In this document: positions 17,875-24,412 of the stretch, piece by piece
Position numbering within the stretch: position 1 is the stretch's first letter
Layout: every line of letters begins with the position of its first letter
Source of the DNA: a bacterium
GTDB lineage: Bacteria; Patescibacteriota; Minisyncoccia; Phycocordibacterales; Phycocordibacteraceae
Direction of reading: 5' to 3'
Length of the DNA: 35,514 nt
Assembly (NCBI GenBank): GCA_900299275.1
Contig: OMJE01000017.1
Location: forward strand, 1 to 35,514
Position numbers and translations under genes: made by a program
Notes under the pieces: model-generated
The model's database searches: none
Seen by the model: only the letters and a program-made list of their open reading frames with translations
Told to the model about the DNA's origin: nothing

Positions 17875-18219
17875 TTAATGTGCACTAGTCCCCGGCGGCA
17901 CGACTCGGTCCGGAGTAAGAAATGCGAACGTCTCATTTGAACCCACGGCAAACAGCATACCGTTACTCTCAAGACCCTTGATCATTCGAGGTTCGAGATT
18001 TGTCACGAAGCATAACTGACGCCCCACAAGTGACGATGGTTCGGGCACGTACGCGGCAATACCTGAAACGATCTGTCGCGGTCCTCCCTCTTCACCAAAA
18101 TCGACCATGAGCCGGAGAAGCTTATCCGTCTCTGGTACGCGTTCCGCACTCTGCACCGTGCCTACAGAAACTTCTATGTTACTAAACTCGTCGATTGAGA
18201 TACGTGGCTTCCCGGTCAT
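17875..18219 (-). CDS. tRNA-binding OB-fold protein (MetRS C-terminal/Trbp111/CsaA family)
   Basis: DKLLRLMVDFG, RQIVSGIA, NLEPRMIKGLESNGM. Confidence 0.9.
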   Translation of the reverse strand: MTGKPRISIDEFSNIEVSVGTVQSAERVPETDKLLRLMVDFGEEGGPRQIVSGIAAYVPEPSSLVGRQLCFVTNLEPRMIKGLESNGMLFAVGSNETFAFLTPDRVVPPGTSAH

Positions 18220-18623
18220 AATGTTCGTGAAAGATAATTAGTAAGTATGAGGGCGGCGGCTGAAGCGTCAACGGGCTCATGCCGCGCGGGTGACCGCGTC
18301 TTCTCCATTTTGCCTGGCGCCTGACGCGCAGCTTCAGTAGTAAAGACTTCCGATTCGTAATACACCGGAAGGTTCGTGCGCGAGGCGAGAGCGTCGCCAA
18401 ACGCGTGCGCCTCGCGTGCAATTGGATTTTGCTCCCCGGAAAGTGCGAGCGATTCGCCAATCACCACAGCACCCACACCCTCCTTTTCTATGAGGGCGAG
18501 TACCGTAGCGAGGGCAGCGGGCGTACTCGCAATGATGCCATGCGGAAAGCCCATCGTTCCCAACTCATCGGAGAGGGCGAGACCTATTTTTTTACTGCCG
18601 TAATCGATACCAAGATGCCGCAT
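18216..18623 (-). CDS. ruvX: YqgF/RuvX family nuclease
   Basis: LGIDYGSKKIGLALSD, E.FTT, VDASAAALIL. Confidence 0.93.
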   Translation of the reverse strand: MRHLGIDYGSKKIGLALSDELGTMGFPHGIIASTPAALATVLALIEKEGVGAVVIGESLALSGEQNPIAREAHAFGDALASRTNLPVYYESEVFTTEAARQAPGKMEKTRSPARHEPVDASAAALILTNYLSRTL

Positions 18624-18736
18624 ATGCTTTAGTGTATAGCACAATCGCTTCTGTCTGTATCAACTGCGCCACCTTCCCGCTCTTCCCACCACCTGCGCAA
18701 TACGGTAAGCTCAAAGACACGGGAGTAATAATCCTT

Positions 18737-18823
18737 GGAGGAGTGGCAGAGCGGTCTAATGCACCGGTCTTGAAAACCGGAGTCCTGGCAACGGGACCGT
18801 GAGTTCGAATCTCACCTCCTCCG
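18737..18823 (+). tRNA. tRNA-Ser(TGA)
   Basis: CCGGT-CTTGAAA-ACCGG; long variable arm; G73. Confidence 0.95.
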
Positions 18824-18893
18824 CATTTTCATTGTGCTTTTTTGCACAAACATATATAAGGTGCGGGAAAAAATTCTGCTACTATGAGCCTAT

Positions 18894-19367
18894 ATGGCTC
18901 ACCCCGTACTGATTGAGTGGCGTGGACACGAATATAATCCGACTCCCAAAGGTGCTGACTGGTATTGGGCGCTGGGTATCGTTGCGGCAGCCAGCACCAT
19001 CGCCGCGCTCCTCTTCCAGAATTATCTGCTTGCGCTTCTCATCCTGGTTGCATCGACAACACTCGCGCTGAGTGCCGCAAAACAGCCCTCACTCCACACC
19101 TTCCAGCTCAATTCGCATGGACTTGTTATTGGTTCGGACCTCTATCCATATGAAAAAATGCATTCGTTTTCGGTACTCGAAGATGTTGAGGGGCGCCTCC
19201 CCATTCTGCTCTCCATAAAGAATGACAGCTGGATTTCCCCACACCTCATGATTCCACTCAACGACGTAGACGTTGATGCTGTGTACTTGCATTTCTTGGA
19301 GCGCGTGCACGAAACTAACCATCGGCACAGCTTGCCTCATGTCGTGAGTGCCTTTCTCGGTTTTTGA
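18894..19367 (+). CDS. Conserved hypothetical membrane protein (2 TM plus possible PH-like domain)
   Basis: W...EY...K..DWYW, two TM helices, YPYEKMHSFSV. Confidence 0.8.
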   Translation: MAHPVLIEWRGHEYNPTPKGADWYWALGIVAAASTIAALLFQNYLLALLILVASTTLALSAAKQPSLHTFQLNSHGLVIGSDLYPYEKMHSFSVLEDVEGRLPILLSIKNDSWISPHLMIPLNDVDVDAVYLHFLERVHETNHRHSLPHVVSAFLGF

Positions 19368-19424
19368 TAAAATCGCAAAAACGCGGTACAGTGCTTCTAG
19401 CTCGCAAGTTTCTTGCGTGCAATC

Positions 19425-19496
19425 GCTCTCGTCGTTCAATGGATAGGACGCCAGCTTGCGGAGCTGGCAATGCAGGTTCGATTCCTGCCGAGAGCA
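19425..19496 (+). tRNA. tRNA-Arg(GCG)
   Basis: CCAGC-TTGCGGA-GCTGG. Confidence 0.92.
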
Positions 19497-19497
19497 C

Positions 19498-19719
19498 ATG
19501 AAAGTACATTTCAAACACCATTTAAGACACTTTATGGAAAATGTGCCCGTGGCACTTGGCATTATCCTTATCTGGCGTGGTATTTGGGTGGCACTCGACT
19601 TTCTCGATCAGTGGCTTTGCAGCGGCAACCACATTATTACTGCAGGTATTGGAATTATCTTGGGCTTCACCCTGCTCTATTATTCGGATGAGGGCCTGAA
19701 GTCGCTCGAGCGGCTCTAG
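19498..19719 (+). CDS. Small two-TM membrane protein, 73 aa
   Basis: GIILIWRGIWVALD, two hydrophobic helices; lies between two tRNA-Arg genes; alternative start at ATG 19534. Confidence 0.75.
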   Translation: MKVHFKHHLRHFMENVPVALGIILIWRGIWVALDFLDQWLCSGNHIITAGIGIILGFTLLYYSDEGLKSLERL

Positions 19720-19730
19720 GTGGACATTGC

Positions 19731-19802
19731 GCTCTCGTCGTTCAATGGATAGGACATCTCCCTCCGAAGGAGAAAATGCAGGTTCGATTCCTACCGAGAG
19801 CA
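19731..19802 (+). tRNA. tRNA-Arg(CCG)
   Basis: TCTCC-CTCCGAA-GGAGA. Confidence 0.92.
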
Positions 19803-19806
19803 CATA

Positions 19807-19838
19807 AATCAAGAGACCCCTTTCGGGGTCTTTTGATT
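19807..19838. terminator. Bidirectional terminator between tRNA-Arg and rpsT
   Basis: aatcaagagaccc / gggtcttttgatt. Confidence 0.7.
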
Positions 19839-20104
19839 TATGCCTGAGCCTTCTTGATCGCTGCCGCAAGTCGTGACTTCTTGCGAGCGGCCGTATTGGC
19901 CTTGATCACACCGCGCTTCTTTGCTTTATCGATTGCCTTGAAAGCCGTAGAGAGGAGCTCCTCTGCCTTCTTAGCATCCTTTGCGGTTACCGCCTGGCGG
20001 ACCGCCTTCGTTGACTTATAAAGGTCTGCCTTGCGGCGGGCATTGAAAACACGCTTCCGTCCCGAGGAGCGAATCGCCTTTTTTGCTGAGCTGGTTATTG
20101 CCAT
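19838..20104 (-). CDS. rpsT: 30S ribosomal protein S20
   Basis: SAKKAIR, AIDKAKKRGVIKANTAARKKSRL. Confidence 0.97.
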   Translation of the reverse strand: MAITSSAKKAIRSSGRKRVFNARRKADLYKSTKAVRQAVTAKDAKKAEELLSTAFKAIDKAKKRGVIKANTAARKKSRLAAAIKKAQA

Positions 20105-20162
20105 ATGTACCCTATATATACGCTATCTCCCGCGAAGTGGCAAATGGTTGTACCATAGATGT

Positions 20163-20708
20163 ATGATTCGCCAGATCCGCGGCACGGTCACAAGTCAGGA
20201 TGCCTTCTCCGCTGTCATCGATGTGCACGGTCTTGGTTTTGAGGTACGAAGCGCCACTCCTCTTTCAGTCGGCATCGGTGAAGAGGTCACCATCGCCACA
20301 CACCTTGCCATAAAGCAAGACGGGGTCGAACTCTATGGTTTCCCCACCGAAGACGATCGAGATTTCTTTGAGCTCATACTTTCCGTGCCGGGCATTGGCC
20401 CAAAAACAGCGCTCAACGTGCTCCGCCGCGCTCCCCGCGAAGCCCTGCATGGCGCTCTTGCTGCACGCGACCTCACCTACCTCACCAAGGTGGTGGGCCT
20501 CGGAAAAAAGAGCGCTGAAAAAATGATCCTCGAGCTTGCTGACAAAGTTGGCGAACGCACGCACGACGATCAAGACGCCGAAGTATTCGACACGCTTGTG
20601 GCACTTGGCTATACAGAGCGCGAAGCGCGCAAGGCGATTCAAGGCATTCCCGCCACCGTCGTGGGCAAAGACGCCCGCCTCAAGGCCTCCCTTTCTGCTC
20701 GACCATGA
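20163..20708 (+). CDS. ruvA: Holliday junction branch migration protein RuvA
   Basis: MIRQIRG, DVHGLGFEV, LYGF, VPGIGPKTAL, LVALGY. Confidence 0.95.
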   Translation: MIRQIRGTVTSQDAFSAVIDVHGLGFEVRSATPLSVGIGEEVTIATHLAIKQDGVELYGFPTEDDRDFFELILSVPGIGPKTALNVLRRAPREALHGALAARDLTYLTKVVGLGKKSAEKMILELADKVGERTHDDQDAEVFDTLVALGYTEREARKAIQGIPATVVGKDARLKASLSARP

Positions 20709-21949
20709 GAAACTTGCGCCGAACCATTCTCCAGCCCTATCACTATCTACTCGCTGCGTACGCGCTCGTGCGCTACGGAATGCCAGCACGAAAAATGACC
20801 GTCATTGGCGTGACCGGCACGAAAGGCAAATCATCGGTGTCTGAAATGCTCTACACCATCCTTATGAAGGCTGGCCACAAAACGGCACTCGCTGGAACAA
20901 TCCGTTTTGCAATCGGCGAGGAGTCGGAACCAAATCGATTCAAGATGACCCTTCCTGGCCGCGGATACATTCAGAAGTTCCTCGCGCGCGCCATGAAGAA
21001 GGGCGCCACATTTGCCGTCATTGAGATCACGAGTGAGGCTGCGCGCCAGTATCGCAATCTTGGCCTTTTTTTGGATGCGCTTATTTTTACGAATCTGCAA
21101 AAAGAGCACCTCGAGTCGCACGGCTCTTTTGAAAATTATTTCCGCGCCAAGTTCGCCATCGGCAAATCGCTTGCGCGCTCGCCGAAGCGACCACGTGCGA
21201 TTATTGCAAACGCCGATGATGAGCGCGGTCCTGCTTTTTTGGCTCTGCCGGTCGAGCGTCACATTCCTTTCGGAGCTCACGACATCCAGATCACCCACCA
21301 AGATCACAAAAGTATTTCCTTCACCTACAAAGGTACCGACTTCCACATTCCGCACCCCGGCACCTTTTCAGCCCTCAATGCCCTCTCCGCCATAAAGGCT
21401 GCTGAAAATTTCGGCGTCCCGCTCTCCGTATGTGCAGAGGCTCTAGGATCGCTTGAGACGATATCGGGACGACTTGAGCGCATCGACGTGGGTCAAGACT
21501 TTCTCGCCATTGTTGATTATGCGCATACACCCGATTCCTTAAAGGCACTTTACGAAGCGTTCCCGGGCAAGAAAAAAATCTGCGTGCTCGGCAACACGGG
21601 CGGTGGCCGCGACACCTGGAAGCGACCCGAGATGGGCAAGATCGCAGAAGCCCACTGCGACCACGTTATTCTGACGAACGAAGATCCGTACGATGAAGAT
21701 CCTAAAAAGATCATCGACGAGATGGCTAGTGGTATGACCAAAAAGCCCGAGATCGAACTCGATCGCCGCACCGCCATCCGCCACGCACTTGCCCGCGCGC
21801 AAACAGGTGACGTCGTGCTTATTAGCGGCAAAGGCGCCGATCCATGCATCATGGGTCCAAAAGGCTCGCGCGAGCCGTGGAGCGATGCGGCCGTTGTACG
21901 TGAAGAATTGACAGCACTCACTCGGGAGAAAGAGCACGAGGCGGTATGA
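20705..21949 (+). CDS. murE: MurE-like Mur ligase
   Basis: GVTGTKGKSS, FTNLQKEHL..H, GRLE, VDYAHTPDSL, TNEDPY.ED, ISGKG. Confidence 0.88.
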   Translation: MRNLRRTILQPYHYLLAAYALVRYGMPARKMTVIGVTGTKGKSSVSEMLYTILMKAGHKTALAGTIRFAIGEESEPNRFKMTLPGRGYIQKFLARAMKKGATFAVIEITSEAARQYRNLGLFLDALIFTNLQKEHLESHGSFENYFRAKFAIGKSLARSPKRPRAIIANADDERGPAFLALPVERHIPFGAHDIQITHQDHKSISFTYKGTDFHIPHPGTFSALNALSAIKAAENFGVPLSVCAEALGSLETISGRLERIDVGQDFLAIVDYAHTPDSLKALYEAFPGKKKICVLGNTGGGRDTWKRPEMGKIAEAHCDHVILTNEDPYDEDPKKIIDEMASGMTKKPEIELDRRTAIRHALARAQTGDVVLISGKGADPCIMGPKGSREPWSDAAVVREELTALTREKEHEAV

Positions 21950-21956
21950 TACAGCT

Positions 21957-22883
21957 ATGAAGGATGTACACGATGCCTGGTTCTTCGCCGGACTTTTTGC
22001 TTTCGTTTTCCTGGTGTGGTTAGCAACGGGAGGCCAGTCGCGCCCCCTTGCCTGGTCGGGCCCAACACTTGCGCAGCCAAACGAGCTTGGTGGCGGCACG
22101 TATTTGCAACTGCCCCGTGCACCATTTGGCATCGGCAACCGCAGCACAAATCTTGGGGGTTCCTATGGCCAAGGTGAATCTCCGCTCAAAGGCATTGCCT
22201 TCGGGTCTCCTTCTCCATCTTCGGGCTCCGTACAGCTTCGTCCTAATGTGAACAACGCCAGCTCAACGTATGCGCAAAACGAATATCTGATTCTCTCGGT
22301 TCCAACTACAAACAAAGCCGTGACTATTTCCGGCTGGTACCTCACAAGCGAAATTACGGGCAAGGCCGGTCTCATACCTAAGGGAACCAGCGTTCCGACA
22401 ACAGGCATCGTCAATGCACAAAAGCCAATCGTCCTTAACCCTGGACAAATAGCGCTTATATTTACAGGACGTTCGCCCATTGGCACCTCATTCCAAGAAA
22501 ACAAGTGCAGTGCCTACCTGCAGAGTTTTCAGAATTTTACACCCTCGTTTTATGGCAACTGCCCCGACCCCCTCGATGAACTCATTGCATTCTATGGCCC
22601 CTACTACGCACGCGACACGAGCTGCGTAGACTACATAAAAAAACTACCGAGCTGCGAGACAGTACTCTTCCCTCCCGACGATCTCTCTTCGACCTGCACC
22701 GCTTTTGTAAAGAAACACTTCAACTACAACGGATGCATCAACACACACTACAAAGACGCCGACTTCCTTGGTAATACATGGCGCGTCTACCTTGGCCTTA
22801 ATGACAGTATGTGGCGCGCTCGAAATGAAGTTGTTAAACTGCTCGACGCAAACAAGCGCACGATCGACGCCTTTGCCTACTAG
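21957..22883 (+). CDS. Membrane-anchored Cys-rich hypothetical protein (possible lamin-tail-like domain)
   Basis: N-terminal TM; NEYLIL, ISGWYL, SFQENKC, NYNGC, VKLLDA...ID. Confidence 0.8.
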   Translation: MKDVHDAWFFAGLFAFVFLVWLATGGQSRPLAWSGPTLAQPNELGGGTYLQLPRAPFGIGNRSTNLGGSYGQGESPLKGIAFGSPSPSSGSVQLRPNVNNASSTYAQNEYLILSVPTTNKAVTISGWYLTSEITGKAGLIPKGTSVPTTGIVNAQKPIVLNPGQIALIFTGRSPIGTSFQENKCSAYLQSFQNFTPSFYGNCPDPLDELIAFYGPYYARDTSCVDYIKKLPSCETVLFPPDDLSSTCTAFVKKHFNYNGCINTHYKDADFLGNTWRVYLGLNDSMWRARNEVVKLLDANKRTIDAFAY

Positions 22884-22917
22884 AAAAAATGCCGCGTAAG
22901 TGCTAGTTTTTATCTAG

Positions 22918-22997
22918 CGCGCCCATATCTTCTCGGACTCGATATGGACGTTCGTTCGGTGAACAAACATCCGAGGCGGTTCTTGTTACCTCACTTC
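22918..22997 (+). repeat. Possible divergent element copy at the tRNA-Lys 5' end
   Basis: cgcgcccatatct (22918-22930) matches 22997-23009 at 12/13; gatatggacg (22941-22950) is its near-inverse; ccgaggcgg at 22971. Confidence 0.5.
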
Positions 22998-23070
22998 GCG
23001 CCCATAGCTCAGTCGGTAGAGCAACTCCCTTTTAAGGAGTGGGTCCCTGGTTCGAGCCCAGGTGGGCGCA
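22998..23070 (+). tRNA. tRNA-Lys(TTT)
   Basis: ACTCC-CTTTTAA-GGAGT; CCA not encoded. Confidence 0.95.
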
Positions 23071-23089
23071 CAAAGCGAATGCGTGGAGT

Positions 23090-23167
23090 TTTGTGCGAGC
23101 CGGAGGGCGACGGCCCGAGGCGGGGTCGCGGAAATTTTCAGCAGAAAATTATCTGTGACCACGAAAG
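23090..23167 (+). repeat. Structured interspersed element, copy C (tRNA-Lys 3' end)
   Basis: tttgtgcg is the inverse of cgcacaaa (23067-23074); core agccggagggcgacggcccgaggcggggtcgcggaaattttcagcagaaaattatctgtgacc. Confidence 0.85.
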
Positions 23168-23194
23168 AAAAAGAGCACCTGCGTGCTCTTTTTT
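23168..23194. terminator. Terminator hairpin between copies C and D
   Basis: aaaaagagcac-ctgc-gtgctcttttt. Confidence 0.75.
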
Positions 23195-23195
23195 G

Positions 23196-23293
23196 TTTGG
23201 TGCGAGCCGCAGCGATGTTTTGCCAGCAGGCAAAACCGCGAGGCAGGATCGCGAAAACTTGCGAGTGACGACGAGCAAATTATTTGTGATCAC
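23196..23293 (+). repeat. Structured interspersed element, copy D
   Basis: gtgcgagccgcagcg..gttttgcc-agca-ggcaaaac.cgcgaggcaggatcgcg...tttgtgatcac. Confidence 0.75.
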
Positions 23294-23317
23294 CTCGGTG
23301 CGAACCGCCACTCCCAT

Positions 23318-23728
23318 CTACCCCACCGAATACCCCTTCGCCCGAAGATTCTGTATCGGTAAAAAGAGCGGCTCGGGCAATTCGTCCCACGAAAACCAAT
23401 CCCACCGCTCACACTTCTCCGGCTCCATAACACACACATCGCCTGCTGCCCACTCGGCTTTCACGAAGAGCGTAATATAATGCTTCTCCTCTTCCGCAAA
23501 AATATCGTTCGTAACTGTTTCGATCGTCACACCCTTGATAGCGATCCCGGTCTCTTCAGCTACTTCCCTTACCGCACAATCTTCGGGACTTTCTCCAAAT
23601 TCCAAATACCCACCAGGAAACGACCATGTAGCGGCCCCATGCGAACCCTTTCTCTTTCCCAGCAACACACGACCATCCTTCATCACAATCACCCCCACTC
23701 CGACGCGTGGTCGCTCATCCATACGCAT
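23318..23728 (-). CDS. Nudix hydrolase (MutT/NUDT15-like)
   Basis: Nudix box PGGYLEFGESPEDCAVREVAEETG; EPEKCERWDWF..LPEPLFLP. Confidence 0.93.
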   Translation of the reverse strand: MRMDERPRVGVGVIVMKDGRVLLGKRKGSHGAATWSFPGGYLEFGESPEDCAVREVAEETGIAIKGVTIETVTNDIFAEEEKHYITLFVKAEWAAGDVCVMEPEKCERWDWFSWDELPEPLFLPIQNLRAKGYSVG

Positions 23729-24412
23729 TTACACCGAAAGCGCAAAACGCTCGAGTGCTTGCGCTAGTTCAAGTCCGCCGCGCCGTGATTCCTGCAGAAG
23801 CGCAATGAGGTTGAGTGAGAGTTTGCGTGCATCGTCTGCCGCCCACACACGACTCCCCTTTTGCATGAGGTCCCGCGCTTTCCAGTGCAGTAGACCATGC
23901 AGCATTTCGGGTTGATCGCCCGCAAGAAGCGCCCGATTGATCTCGAGCCACAGAGCACTACGACTGCGCGCGCCGAGCGCGTTTACGAGTGCCGAATTAA
24001 ACCCTCGCGCGTTCAACCGCTCCGACTTTGTATCAAAGGCATAGACCATCTTCGCTTTCGAGGCAACATTCTTCACCAGCGGAGCTGAAAGTCCGGGCGC
24101 AAGGATAATGAATACGTTGTCGGAATCAGCAAGGTCGCCGAGTCTGCTCGTGAGCACATCATCGCGTACCTCCTCGCTGCCCTCTTCTTCCTCGTTTTTG
24201 CGTTTTGGAAATGGATCATCAAGCACAATGAGCATGCGCTGCACAAAAAGTCCGCCGGACTGAATGAGTTCGTCGAGCGCCACCTGCGCGAGTTCCCTTT
24301 GGTCTAATCGCACATACGCAAGGTTGGGCTCCTTCGTACGCGCCTTCTCTACCCACTCAAATGCCTTTGCACGCACTTTGCCAACGTCCGATCCGTGAAA
24401 GAGATAGATCAT
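23729..24412 (-). CDS. Putative divergent DNA polymerase III delta (HolA-like) subunit
   Basis: MIYLFHG.D, GLF..RMLIVL, C-terminal ALERFAL; ATGA-coupled to polA. Confidence 0.55.
   Translation of the reverse strand: MIYLFHGSDVGKVRAKAFEWVEKARTKEPNLAYVRLDQRELAQVALDELIQSGGLFVQRMLIVLDDPFPKRKNEEEEGSEEVRDDVLTSRLGDLADSDNVFIILAPGLSAPLVKNVASKAKMVYAFDTKSERLNARGFNSALVNALGARSRSALWLEINRALLAGDQPEMLHGLLHWKARDLMQKGSRVWAADDARKLSLNLIALLQESRRGGLELAQALERFALSV

Noticed and set aside
23070-23300. CRISPR array or tRNA intron
   Set aside because: No equal-length repeats with unique spacers and no cas genes; the tRNAs are complete and uninterrupted.
22944-23480. 178-aa ORF (also 10410-10712)
   Set aside because: Runs across tRNA genes and the repeat elements; best explained as non-coding.
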